64,000 bases of DNA from the human T2T-CHM13v2.0 reference genome, Homo sapiens. The position numbers were made by a program, and so were the translations under genes. The notes under the pieces are model-generated. The model was given only the letters and a program-made list of their open reading frames with translations. It did no database searches and was not told the DNA's origin. Below, piece by piece: positions 28,291 through 42,100 of this stretch. Position 1 is the stretch's first letter. Each line of letters opens with the position of its first letter. The stretch is taken from assembly GCF_009914755.1 (NCBI RefSeq), contig NC_060925.1; one strand, written 5' to 3'.

Positions 28291-29776
28291 AGAGAATATT
28301 TACCTCTGGGTTAGTTTGTTTGTTTTTCATGAAACCTCACAATTTTCATTTGAGTAATTGATTCAAAAGCTTTCGTAGCTCTGCACCAGCCAACACTGTG
28401 CAGACCAAACAAATCATATCTGTAGGAAATGAGTGGATACCTGGGCTAACAGTTCGCAATTTTTGGATGAGATGCCCTCTAGGGTTGTTTCTAAATTGTA
28501 CTCTCTAGTTATAAAATAACCCCACAAATTTAAAATTGATTGACTCAAATGGCAGGTGTTGGCATCATGTGCCTTAGGAAAAGATGCTCTGTGGTATTTC
28601 TAGTGCCTACCATTACTGTTGCCATCAGCCAAGGCAGAGAGATTGAGAGCACATGTTCTGGAATCAGACAGACTCGGGTTCAGATCCCAGCTCTGTCACT
28701 TTCTAGTTCTGTGATCTTGGACAAGTGATTTAGCTTCTGAGCTCAGATTCCTCAGCTGCAGTTGAAATAGTAGCTGAATTTATTGTTTAAAATGTGCCAC
28801 ACACTGATGTAAGTAATTCCTAAATTTTAATCCTATAAACAACCCTCTAAAAGTGGGCAAAATCATCATTATGTTCATTTCACAGATGAAAAAACAGGCA
28901 CAGAAAAATTCAGGGATCACGGCTAATAAATAGAGAGCTGACATGCAAGTCCAGACACTCTACCCCCAGGTTTGTGCTTTCAACTGCTTTACTCTACTGG
29001 CTGGAATCAAAAATAAGGGTGGTAGTGGGAGTGTTCCCTGGGGTTCTCATGAGAATAGAAATGATGATATATGTAAAAGAACTAGCTCAATGCCTGAACA
29101 TACTAACAATACATTTAAAAGATGCCTACTATTATGTTATTAACCATTTCCTATGTTCATCCGTAATCCCTCCTCCTTTAATCTATCTTTGACCCAGTTT
29201 CTCTGTCTCTCCCTTTCTCTTCTCTATTCTAATTATTACAGTAAGGATCATTTTAACACCCAGCTCTGAACAAATGCCCTCTTTATTTATGACCAAGCTA
29301 TGGCTTATTCCTGTTCACCTTTCTGCTTCCTTCAATCACTCCCTAGCCCCTCCCCAGCCTTTTTTGTTTAATCCCAAGGATTATTTATCAGGTAAATCTA
29401 TCATTAGGTAATGTTTTAATAATATGTTTCCCATCAGATAAATGGATATTACGTATTCCCTATAACCAGCCATGCTCCATGGTAAATATTACCCTAAAAA
29501 GGAAATTCATGACTCATAATCAACTGAACACCCAACTGGGAAGCTGGGGAGCTCCCATCTATGAAAATTATTATTGTTTGATAGATTTTTAGCCCACCTG
29601 CTCCCTGAGGGTCCTCTGAGTCATGCTGTACACATGAGTAGCATGCAAACTGGCAGGGGCTGGTTAGTTAGGGATGAAGTCAGGGTTATTTAATAACCTG
29701 TATTTATAGTATCTACTTACAAGGGAAAAAATCTCCTCTGTTTTATGCAGGTACCTCTAATCAGGAATTTGCTGGC

Positions 29777-29778
<2 letters not shown>

Positions 29779-29812
<34 letters not shown>
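29779..29812 (+). repeat. (CA)17 microsatellite
   Basis: Direct count. Confidence 0.97.
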
Positions 29813-29817
<5 letters not shown>

Positions 29818-30394
29818 TCACACTGGAACCCACACTTCACCTGCCCCAGCAGGCCAAGGGTGGTGTTTCTCAGTTACCTTCCTCCATCCCACTAGGGAGC
29901 TATGGGAAAGATGCTCAGGTTTGGCAATGGTTTATGCCTAGTATGAATCCCCCTCCCATCACTTACTTGCTGTGTGACTCCAGACAAGTAACAAACCCTC
30001 TAAGCCTCAATTTCCCTGCCCACAGAGCTATCATGTGGATTAGATCAAATAAAACACTTGGTACATAGTAAAGTGCTCAAATTTTGGTCCTGCTTAGGGG
30101 GACATAGAAGAATGTGAGCCTTGGGGAAATTCTGCTCCAGGACAAGAGCAGCCATATTTTTGAGATCATGTCTGGAGAGAGATAAGGGTCCAAACATTCT
30201 AGAACCATGGTTGTCTGTCTACTTTGTATTTATAGGACTGGAAACAACCTCTCCTCCATCATCAAGGCTGAAATTCAAGTTACCTCTCCTTGAGCACTTA
30301 CTGCATACCAAGGACTGGGATTGATAGGTGTAGGGTCATTTAGAGATGAATATCATAGTTTCCTTGCTACCACAGAGCTCAGAGGCTAATCAGT

Positions 30395-30565
30395 GATTCC
30401 CTAAGTTATGTGTGGTGTCTGGATCACCCGTCTCAGAGTCACCCTGATTCCTGGGCCCCTACCCCAGACTTCTTGAATTACAGTCTCTGGAGGTGGAGCC
30501 TCAGGGTCTGCATTCTCACAAGTTCCCCCAATTAATTTTATGTACACTAAGGTTTGAGAACAGCT
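30395..30565. mobile_element. MER5A
   Basis: ctgattcctgggccctaccccagact...ctgcattctcacaagttcccc...ggtttgagaac. Confidence 0.75.
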
Positions 30566-31269
30566 TGCCAGCAGCTGGCAGCATCTAAGATTTATTATGC
30601 ATTGACTATTCATTCCTTCATTCAACAAATATTTGTTGAAGGTATTTCTGTGTTAGGCACTGTGCTAAGTGCTTTATGTGCATTGATTCATTTAATTCTC
30701 TCAACATATCTGTACAGCAGGTGCCATTGACTCTATTTTTCTAGCCCAAGAGCTAAGAAAAGTACATACTTAACCTGACTATGTTAAGTATCATAACAGA
30801 GATACATAAAATGTGCTCTGGAAATTCCAAGAAGATAGAAATTGCACTTAATTAAGAAAGGTAGTGCAAGCAAGGAAGATTCTAAAACAGGACAGATCAA
30901 ATGTCATTCCAGCTGAGTGGCATGGTTTTAGATTCCTTCAGGGTAGGTAAGTCGCTACCTCACAAAAAAAGCCAATTTACTCACAGACACAATGGTTACA
31001 GGTGCCTGTGAACCATTCCACAGAGATATTTCTATGTTCACAAAGCCTTTCAGTATCAGGTAAGTTTCTCAGACACATTTGAGAGTTGAATAAATGTATT
31101 CATATGCACTGTGAGGGAAGTATTTAATTCTTCCTTTTGATTATGAGGGGAAGTGAGGTGTTTTTAAAACAAGATGTCGTTCTTCAACTATTTTGAATAA
31201 GAGAAATTAATTTTCTTTAAATAAAACGAAGTTAGTAAGTACCATATTTGTTGTTACAGAGCTATAAAT

Positions 31270-31640
31270 GTGATATCAGGTAGACAAGGATTAAAAAGAG
31301 AGAAAGAATGTTGGAAAGGGTGCAGTGAAATGGACATTCTCAAAACTGCCGAAGTTGATGAAAGGGTAAATTGTTACACCATTGCTAGGGGTTATTTAGC
31401 AATATGAATCAAGAACTCAAATGAATATTCATATCCTTGACCTTTATAATTCCCATTCTGGGAAACTCTCCTAAAGAAATAAGCAGAGACTAGGATACAT
31501 TGAGATTTACAAATCAGAATGCTCTCCCTCACACTGTTAATTTTTTTTATTTTTAAAGTCATTAAATCAGAAGCAGTTTAAACATCCTACAACAGAGATT
31601 TGTTAGGTAAATTATTGTAAATTCACATGATAGATGTGAG
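31270..31640 (+). mobile_element. Old L1M fragment
   Basis: gggtaaattgttacacc...gacctttataattcccattctggg. Confidence 0.55.
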
Positions 31641-34600
31641 ACAAAATGTAAGCTCCATCGGAGCAGAAATCTTTGTCTCTTTTGGTTACTGCTTTATCTC
31701 CAGAGCCTATCACAGTGCCTGGCACAGAGTAGACACTCAGCAAATATCTCTTGAGTGAGTATAACATCATAGTTAGGCAGGAGTACTTTGAAGTTGGACC
31801 TTCTGTCTCTCAATCTACAGTTGTGGCAACTTTTCCTCAGTAGCCTCATTTGCAAAATGAAGGTGAACATACAACCTTTTTCATAGGATTGTGTGGAGGA
31901 CTGAAGGGCATGATAAATACATAAGGTGGCATGAACATAGAGACATTAAATAAATGTTAGTTGCCGTTATTATCCATGGAGTCGTAACATTCTCATGGCT
32001 AGTAAAAACTTGTATGTCAACTGTACTCAGGGAGATTCAAAATTTGCAATAGAAAAGTACAAATATATTTATATTTAAAAGACTAAGTGGATGCCTATTA
32101 AGCATGGTTATCTGTGGGCCATGAGGATCACCATAATTTTCATGAGCAGATAGACAGTGTGCCTCTGAAAGGTCTCTGGCTAATGCCTAAGGTTAATACA
32201 TCTATACCTTAGTCTCTACATTCATAATCTCAGGAGGAATCAAAGCAATTCAACAAAACCTGGAGAAAAAAAAGAATTGTGCTGTAAGCAATTATTGGAA
32301 TGGAAAACAGAAGGGCTTTAAAAACTGTATTTACATCAAGCCACATGTTTAGTGTTGATTCTTGATCTTTGTCTGCTCGCTGATAAGAGGCCCATAAAAT
32401 GAAATTTCATCCTTGGCATGCTTCTAGCATTTGTAGATAACATCTGTGAATCTCAAGGAAAGTCTTATCATTTGCTATTTCAAGGTTTTTCCTTAAGCAA
32501 TTCTATGGCTCTAGACAGAGCACGCACCCAGACCACCTTTCCAGAACTTTGTCTAACAAATTTGATTAGATCTTGTCAATCTAAAGATTCCAAAGGATAA
32601 TTTGCATTTTTAGGACTTGCCACAAAACTTTCTGGTGGCATGAGCAACTTATAGTAACCTGTAGTTCAGAGCAGTGGTATTTTCTGTGGTGACTTAGGGC
32701 TTTAAGGAGTTACAGACAGACATCACAATATGAGGTTATTTTTCCCAGGCCACCAGCTTTAAATGCAATCTGGGAACCCCAAGGAAGGCTTACGACAAAA
32801 CTGTAGTTTTGTAGTTCTGCCCGTACTGCAGCATTGTGGGGCTGGTGGTCCAAACTTTCCTTGTGCTCCAAGTGTGGGCTGTGGGGATAGATTGGGAGAT
32901 AGACCAGTCCTGCACAAAGAATTCAAATGTCAATTACTGAAATCAAGGGTGAGAGACCTCTGGCTTAAAGGACATTTATTAGAATATACCTAGGTAATTT
33001 AGTAACCACAAAACAAGCAGCATTTTTTTTTTTCTGTCTTCAGCTGTCTAAGAATTCGAAGTAGGGAGAGTTTGGTGAGGGGACGTGCTAGTTGAAATAC
33101 AGATTACCAGGTCCCAAACCAAGACATTCTTCTTCACTGGATTTGGTGTGGGCACAGTTGTTTGCATTTTTAGTAAGGGTGCCATGTGAAACACACAAAT
33201 CTAGGAAAACTTTCTGTAAGAAAGTAAATGTTCTGCTAAAAAAGTCACTCCAGTTGGCTTTTGGGGCTATGTAATTATAGGTGCTGGGGCTCCTCTTGAT
33301 GGGAAAGGGCAAGAAAGGATGAGATTTACATTTTTCTCTTTTACAACATAATAGGACTAGAGAGTTTTCCCACCGTCAGCCCCTGTCAGAGTCTTATGTC
33401 TTTGAATTGGGGAGAGAAAGGAACAAGAGCCCAGCCCAATGGAAGGAGGCTGCAGCCAAGAGCGAAGGGGGCAGTGAGTCACTGCCTTCAAGGGGCGGAG
33501 GATGAATACCACTGACATGCTGTCTGACATTTAGTCTTAATTGTTTCCTTTCCTGTGATGTGACTTTCCTCTTTTATCACCAAAACTTTGGTAAAATGCT
33601 CTGTACAGAGCAGTGTCGTGTTGGTGGTGCATTGGGAGATAAAACAGAGAGGAGCATGCAGGGATTTTCTGGTGAAATATGCTAGAGAGAACTGGGACAG
33701 CCATGAGAAGCAGGGATGAGGGAGTGAGAAATGGGTGAGAACTGAGGTGGATGAGTTCATAGGGTGAGCTCCAGAAACTTGAGTGCACCTCTCTTGGGAA
33801 CTCTTGGGAAGCCTTCTGGAAACTTTGGGTTTGTGGAATATCATTTATATACAAAAATGTGTTCCCATTTTAAGTGTATGGTTGAATCATTTTTGACAAA
33901 TGTATATACCTATGTAATCACCACCACAATCAAGAAAGATATCCACCATTGTCACCTAAAAATTATCTTTCTATCTAGCCAGTTGATCAACCCTAGCCAC
34001 AGACAACTGCCAAACAACTTTTTATCACTGTAGATTAGATTTGTCTTTTCTAGAGTTTCATATCAATAAAATTATACAGTATATACACCTTTGTATCTAA
34101 TAGTACTTTAGGTTCCTCCATGTGGTTGCATTTTTCAGTAGATTGGTTGGTTGAATTATTTGATGAGGAGTAATGTGTTTACCCATTCACCTGTTGATGG
34201 TCATTTGGTTGTTTCCAGTTTGGGAACTGTATCAATAAAGCTGTTATGAACATTTGTATACAAATCTTTGTGTGGACATATGTTTTTATTTCTCTTATGT
34301 AAATAACTTTAAGTGGAATTGCTGGGATGTAAGATAACCACATGTTTCTCTTAACAATTTCCCAGAGTGGTTATACTGTTTTAGTTACCACCAGTACATA
34401 TGAGAATTTTAGTTGCTTTACACCCTGGTCAAAACTTGGTAGTATCAGTCTTTCTAAATTTAGCCATTTTAATGGATGTGTCCTGATGTTTTGCTGTGAT
34501 TTTAATTTTCATTCCTCTGATAACTAATAATATTAGGCACCTTCTCATGTGTTTATTGGCCAATCATATATCTTCATTTGGAAAGTGCCTGTTCTAAGTT

Positions 34601-34869
34601 TGTGCCCACTTAAATTTTTTTTTCAGTCTTTTGATGAGTTGTAAGAGTTCTTTATAAACTTTGAATACTTGTCCTTTGTCAGATTTGTCTATGACAAATA
34701 TTTTTCCCAGACTATGAAATGCCTTATTATTCTTTTGATTCTGTCTTCGGAAGAGCAGTTTAAAATTTTAAGTCCAATGTTTTCATATTGCATACTTTCC
34801 ATTGAAATATTTGCTAACATAAAGATTGTAAATATTTTGTTCTGTATTTTGTTCTGGAAATTTCTAGTT

Positions 34870-34920
34870 TTAGATATAGATATAGATTTAGATTTAGAGA
34901 TTTAGATTCAGATTTAGATC
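34870..34920 (+). repeat. Degenerate (TAGATW)n hexamer repeat
   Basis: tagatatagatatagatttagatttagagatttagattcagatttagat. Confidence 0.85.
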
Positions 34921-35880
34921 TATGACCCATTTCAAGTAATTTTTTGTGTTGTGATGTAAGATATTAAGTTGATGGTCGTGTTCCTGATCTTAGGATGAAG
35001 GCATTTATTTAGTCATTCACCTTTTGTATGTTAGTGGGTTTTTCACAGACACCCTTTATTAGGTTGAGGAAGTTCCCTTCTGTTTTTAGCTCTTGAGTGG
35101 CTTGCCTTTTTAAAGTAATAAATGGATATTGAATTTTATAGAATGTTTTTTCTGCATCCATTGCAGAATTTTTCTCTTTTTTCTGTTAATATGTAAAATA
35201 ACATTAACTGATTTGTAAATATTAAACCAACATTGTATTTCTGGAAGAAACCCTAGTTAGAGGTGGTATATTGTCCTTTTTTATATATTGTTGGATTTTA
35301 TTTACTACTCTTTAAAAGGATTTTTACATCTAGGTTCACAAAGGATATGTTTGTAGTTTTCTTTTTTTCATAAATTCTTTGGTCTTGATAGTAGGGTAAG
35401 GCTAGCTTCATGAAATGATTTGTGAAGTGTTCGCTCCTCCACTCTTTTGTGAAATAGTTTGTGATGGACTGGTACTATTTCTTCCTTAACTGTTTCATAA
35501 TTTAACTTGGAAGTCTTTATTGTTATTTATGGAAAGGTTTTAATAATGGTAACAAATTCTATAATAAATTTAGAGCAATACAGATTTTCTGTTTCATCAG
35601 GAATCAGTTTTGGTAGTTAGAGTCTTCCAAGGAATTGATACATTTCATGTAAATTGTTTAATTTTTGGCATAAGGTTGTTTATACTATTACCTTATCATT
35701 TTAATTTCTGTAAGATGTGTAATGATGGCTCCTTTTTAATTCTTTTTATTGAACATTCATATCTTCTTCCTCTGCTAGTTCATGACTCTACTAGAAATGT
35801 ATCAATTCATTTATCTTTTCAAAAACTCAGCTTTAGGATTTGGATTCATTGATTATTTTTTCTAAGTTTTATAATCTCTC

Positions 35881-36192
35881 TTTTTTTTTTTTTTTGAGAC
35901 AGGGTCTTACTCTGTCACCCAGGCTGGAGTGCAGTGGTGTAATCATGGCTCACTGCAATCTCAACCACCTCCCAGGCTCAAGCCATCCCCCATCTCTGTC
36001 TCCCAAGTAGCTGGGCTGAGACTACAGGTGTGCACCACCACACCTGGCTAATTATTTTTTATTTTTTATTTTCTGTAAAGATAGGGTCTCACTTTGTTAC
36101 CCAGGCTGGTCTTGAACTCCTGGGCTCAAGTGATCCTCCAGCTTCAGCCTCCCAAAGTACTGAAATTACCATGTGAGCCACCATGCCCAGCC
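35881..36192 (-). mobile_element. AluJ
   Basis: T15 tail; gagacagggtct, atcatggctcactgca, gggctcaagtgatcc. Confidence 0.94.
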
Positions 36193-37377
36193 AATTTCTG
36201 TTCATATATGTATTATTTTCTTCAAATGTGTAAAGATACACACTTGAGTTTAAGTCTATCTTCTTTTTCTAGCATCTTAAGGTTGGTCATTGATTTTGGA
36301 CATTTCTAATTTTCCAATATAAACAAAGCCATAAACTCCCTGGTCACTGTCTTAGTGGCATCCCACAAATTATAAAGTGAATTTTCATTTTCATTCACTA
36401 CAGTGTGTCTTCTAATATTCTTTGTGATTCATTTTCTGATCATTAGTTATTGAGAACTATCTTATATAATTTCCAAATATTTGAGGATTTTTCCAGACCT
36501 GTGCCTAGAAATAGGATTTCTAACATATTCTTACTGTGGCCAAAGAGCATACTTTAAATAGTTTTAATACTCTAAAATTTACTGGGACTTCTTTTACTGC
36601 CTTGCATATAATATATCTTAAGTGTTCCATGTGCACTTAAAAAGAAGGTATATTCTGCTATTGGTGAAATTTTGTATAAATATCAATAATATCAAATGGT
36701 TAATAACTTTGTTAGAGTCTACTATATTCTTGCTGATTTTCTTTATATCTATGATATCAATTACCGAGAAAGAAGTATTGGAATCTTCCAGATATTATTG
36801 TAAATTATCTATTTCTTCTTTCTGTCAGTTTTTGCTTCATGAATTTTGAAGCTCTGGGGTGGGATTTAGGATTATTGTATCCTTTTGATAAATTGATCCC
36901 TTTATCATTATGAAGCATCTCTCTTTATCTCTGGTCATGTCATTTATGCTGAAGTCTACTTTATCTGTTATTATTATAGCCATTCCAGCTTTATTATTAT
37001 ATTTTCACAGTATGTTTTTTCCACCCCTTTATTCTAAGACTTTATATTTCAATAGATTTCTAATAGACAACATATTGTTGAGCTTTGCTTTTTTATCTGA
37101 TCTTAAAATATCTGTCCTTTGAGTGTTTCAACTAGGTTTAATTGAATTTAGCAATACTGTGGCGCTTCACATTTAATATATTTAGCAGTATTGTGGTGCT
37201 TCAGTGTACCATCTTGCTTATTTGTATTTTTGTTAGTCCCATCTGTTCTTTTTTCTTTCCTTGTTTTTTCCCACCTTCCTTTGGATTGAAAGTTTTTGTA
37301 TTATTCCATTTTATTTCTACTACTGTCTTATTAGCCCAGTATTTTATTTTATTTTACTTTTAGTTCTTGCTCTAAGG

Positions 37378-37609
37378 CAGGGGTTAGCAAACTAAAGGCT
37401 GCAGTCAAATCTGACCCATCGCTTGCTTTTATAAAGTTATATTGGAACACAGTTGCACTCATTCATTTATGTATTGCCTATGGTTGTCTATCTAGCTGAC
37501 GAGTTTCATGCTGCAATGGCAGAACTAAGTAGTTGTCACAGAGACCATGTAGCATGCAAAGCCTAAAATTTCTACTATCTGGCTCTTTACACAAGTTTGC
37601 CAGTCTCTG
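37378..37609 (+). mobile_element. MER58A (hAT-Charlie)
   Basis: TIRs caggggttagcaaact/agtttgccagtctctg; 8-bp TSD ctctaagg/ctctaggg. Confidence 0.88.
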
Positions 37610-39629
37610 CTCTAGGGTTTACTATAGGTTTCCTTAACTTATTACAATCTACCTTCAAATAATATTATACCACTTCACATATAAAAACCTCTCCCGTCTT
37701 TTGTTCCACATTTTACTTCTGCATATATTATAAGCTTGCAAATATATTATTACATTTGTTTTGAAGGGCCCATTTTACATTTCCTTGCACATTTACCACA
37801 CCTTGCACTCTCCATTTCTTTTCTATATCTAACTTTCCATCTGCTGAAATTTCCTTTCTGTCTAAAGGATATTCTTCAATATTTCTTATAGTTTAAGTCT
37901 GCTGGCAACAAATTACCCCAGCTCACATTTGTCTCCAAGTATTTATTTAATTTTATTGCTGAGGAATATTTTTACTGGATCTAGAAATCTAAGCCAACAG
38001 TTTATTTTGTTCTTTCATTCAGCACTTTAAATAACATGGTCCATTGTCTCCTTGTGTAGTTTCAGATGAGAAGTCTGTACTTATGTTTTATCTTTGTTCC
38101 TTTATACATAATGTGTCTTTTTTCCTTTGGTTACTTTTAAGATTTTCTCTAAATTGTTTGTTTTCAAAAATTTGGTTATAATGTGCTCCGGTGGAGTTTT
38201 TGTTTTCCTATTTGAGGTTCATTGAGCTTATATTTTTCATCAAATTTGGAAAATTTTAGCCATCATGTCTTCAAATATTCTACTGTTTTCCCTTGCCCCA
38301 GCCTGTCCTTCTGGAACTTTATGTTACACCACTCCAAATTGTCCCAAAGGTCACTGAGACACTGTTCATTATTTTTTGGATCATTTTCTTGCATATGATT
38401 CATTTTGGATAGTTTCTATTACCAGACTTTGAGTTTACTAATATTTTCTCTTGCAATTATACTTTCAATCTTTCCAGAAGATGTTTCATTGGCATATACT
38501 GTATTTTTTTAATTTCTAGAAGTTTCACTTTGTCTTTTTAAAATATATCTTCCATTTATTTCTTTACTACATATATGTTTACTTTTTATCATTTCGACAG
38601 AGCTTAACAGCTGTTTCAAAGTCTTTGTCTGCTGATTCTATCATTTCTATGATTTTCTGATTGATTTTTCTTCCTGATTATAGAACACATTTGCCTACTT
38701 TTTGGCATGTCCTGTAATTTTTTATTGGATACTGAATATTGTGTTTTGAGCATCTGGATTTTCTTGTTGTCCTTTAAAGAAGTTGAAGTGTTTCCTGCCA
38801 GTTAGACAAGTTACTTGTTGATCGGTTTGATCCTCCCAAGGCTTGTTTTGAAGATTTTTAGGGCAAGTCTAGAGAAGCAATGACTCTAGGGATAATCCCA
38901 CCACCCAGTCATGACACTTCTGTGGTCTCTACTGAAGGTCCAGGTGATCCGTGAGGACGTTCCGCTCCTGCTGGTTGGAGTTTACATGTCTCTCACTGCT
39001 GTGATTTTTGGGGATTGCTCAGTCTCCAGCTCCCCATTCATTGCCTGGCCTCGTGGAGTTTTGCCCTAGGCATGCATGACCTAATATTCAGCAAAGACTC
39101 TGAAGTGATTTTTCTATGCAGCTCTCCTCTCTGAAACTCTGCTCCACAATTTTGAGTCACCTCAGCCTCCCTGAACTAAATCTCTGTCCTCAACTTAGTG
39201 AGACTGCTGAGCTCTGCTGAGGATTCCTCAACCTGCCATGGGGTACAGAATGAGATCCCAGGCAGAAGGCCAAGGGCTTACCTCACTTTTCCCCCTTTTC
39301 TTAGGAATCAAAGTATTGCACTATCTGTTGTCCAACATCTGAAAACACTTGTTATGTCATTTTCACCCAGTTTTCTTGTTGTTTATGATGGGAGAATATG
39401 TCTGGACTTTTGTCATTCCATCATGGCCTGAAATGGAAGTTCCACTATTACACTTTTATTTATACATAAGAGAGAAGGGCAAGCCTCAAGACTGGAGGCA
39501 GAGATAGTCGTGTTACAACAACCAAACAAGATGAAAAAGCTAGGTTGGTCTGCATTAATAGAGGTGTGGTGTCTGAAACAAGGAAGGTGATCATCCCACT
39601 GTTCTCCACACATGACTGGACTTGTTCAT

Positions 39630-40480
39630 TTATTCATTTATTCCATAAGCATGCTTTGACTGCATGATTTGACCACCTCCTTTGTCAGCTTCTGTGGTAG
39701 GCACTGAGGATACCATGTTGCATGAGATATAGCCTTTGTCATTAAGAAACTCATAGACCAGAAAGGAATAGGCAAATAACATGGAAATAACAATGCATCA
39801 TGATAAGGAATGCAGTAGAGATAAACCCAGAGGTTATGAGAACCCAAAGCGGGGGATACCTATTCCAGCCTGAGCAAGGGTAGGGGAATCAAGATGAACC
39901 CTGTGGGTAAGGATGGCTTATGAGTAAAGTCCCAGTGGATGAGTAAGAAAGAAAGCATCAGCTGAAGAAAGTGAGGGGAATTGGAAGTAAAGCACACATA
40001 TGCAAAAGCTAATTTAATTTCTTCTGGGAATTGGAAGTATTTCAGTGTGGCTGAAGTGCCACAAGGGTAATAGAGGAATGGGGTGAGATTAGGCTGAAAG
40101 GAGATATAATTGATGAATAACATAAGGTCTCATTAAAATTTTAAACTTTATCCTGGAGAACTGAGAACTATTGAATAGTTTTCCCAGGTAAATAACATGG
40201 TCTCATTTATGTTCTGGAGAGATGTCATGGAAAGATGTTTGGAAAAGGAGGCTCTAGGGGGGAAATAATAATCCATCAGGCAGCAGTAGCATTAATGCAG
40301 GCAAAAGATGACATGGGCCTGAGCTATGTTATTGGAAATGGGAATCAAGAAAAGTAGATGAATGAGAGATATTTACAGCATAGTCAACTAAGCTGGAAGA
40401 CTGATTGGATATAGAAATTAAGGAAGAGGTAGCCATCATACATAGCACCCAGGTTTTGACTTGGAAAGCTAGAGTATTCT
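39630..40480 (-). mobile_element. L2 fragment
   Basis: ttcatttattcatttattcc tail plus L2 body motifs (aactttatcctgg; gactgattggat). Confidence 0.65.
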
Positions 40481-41136
40481 ATTAAGAAATACCATATTCC
40501 TTGGTTTTGTTAGGATTGACTCTTGTCTTGCCATCTATGTGATTTCAGGCTTTTCGTTGCCCGGACCTATGCACTTCCTCTGGATGTGTGAGTTTGTTTT
40601 CTGTACTTAAAGTTGCCTTCCATCTCTTGCCTCTTCTCACAGTCAGAATCTGTGTGAGCTAAGCTCATGGCTTCTCTCCTGGCTCTGTCTGGGTCACCAT
40701 GTCAGGTTCCTTCTTGGGTCTGTCTCCCCAGCTATGTGATCTGGACTCTAATCTCCACTGTTACTATATTTCTTTCTATGACTCATGGAATATTGTGACA
40801 TAGAACTGACAAAATAATACTTGGAGATCAGAGCTAGAAGGGAGTTAAACCTTTTTGTGGTACAATATACCAGTTTTTCAATTGAAAAAAATGAAAACAT
40901 AGTTCCATCATGTCATTCATACATTCACTGAGCATATGTTGATTTTACTACCCTGCCTGGGTCAAACAGGACTAATCAACAATTATAACTCTCCCATATA
41001 GAGGTGGATCTGTAGGTTCTTACAATCTTGTATGAGGTAAGAAAGATGTTGATTTCCTTCTATTGTGGATATTAACAGTAGGGAATAGAAGGTTCAAGCT
41101 ATAAAAAGTAGACATAAAAAACAGGAGAACTGATCA

Positions 41137-42100
41137 TGAAAGACTGATGGGACTGTGGCAAAGACTGCTAATCATCCTATAATATTGGTCCTCCTCTTTT
41201 TTAGTAACACAGCCTTCAGTTTTTAGGTTGAGTACATGGCCCATAATAAAATCCTTATACTTAAATGGATGTGTCAAAGTCCCCACATAGTATAGATGAT
41301 ATATTCAAAGTAGAATAACTCCAAGAAGATTGATTTATAAAGGGGCTAATGACTGAGATTGGGTATGGAGAAACTTTAAGAGTAGTGTAGTAAGCAAAGC
41401 TCATGTCAGCCAGGCTGTTGTTAACTCCTTTGGGGCTGCATGGGATGGAGAGAAGGAAGAGTTACCAGAACCTGGAAAAAGAGAGAGTCAAGTAGTGCCA
41501 TTCATTTTGCAAAGATCAGTTATCTTGAGTTGAGGGACAGAGCCAGCCAATGCAACCTTGATGGGAGGGATCCAGAAAAATAAATACCCTGACCTCACTC
41601 TTCTCTTTTTCTGATCTCCTGCTAGAATCCCTACTGTCTGAGCTAGAACCATAGAAACCAAAGGTTACAATAGCCCACTGATGTGGTTGACACATGCCAA
41701 CCCACAAAGACAGAGAGCAGACGACGAGGAGTAGGCAGTGCATTTGGGGAGGCAAATGGAAGATAATTGGCATATGGGAGTTATGTAACTAAGCAGAAAT
41801 GGTGTGTTCAGCTTCTGGGATACATCTTTAGAGGGAGGAGCATGTCTTCCTCCTTCCTGTAAGCTAGAGTAATGACATGATGCCTGAAATTTGAGCAGCC
41901 ATCTTGGTCCACAAGATGAAAGCTCCATCCTGAGACTGGTGGAACAAGAATCCCTGAGGGAACCTGAATCCCTGAGAACTAGGCAACTAGACCTGGTTGC
42001 CTACATTTCATTGAGAAAAATAAACTTGTACTCTTTTTAGGCCATCGTTATTTTGAATTTTCTATCACTTGCAGCTGATGCAAATCCTAACCAACTCAGA
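41137..42100. mobile_element. MLT1-type LTR with a nested ERVL (LTR16-like) LTR at ~41270-41775
   Basis: MLT1 start tgtggcaaagactgc and end ttatttt...cctaaccaactca; LTR16-like middle. Confidence 0.5.

Larger units (their letters stand above)
33820..39450 (-). mobile_element. Long degenerate antisense L1M element
   Basis: T-rich antisense ORF2 motifs (tgtttccagtttggg; ttgaggaagttcccttc; gatgagaagtctgt). Confidence 0.8.

Noticed and set aside
30621-30640. Perfect 20-bp palindrome ttcaacaaatatttgttgaa
   Set aside because: Close to the standard L2 tail (ttcaacaaatatttattga), so a common by-product
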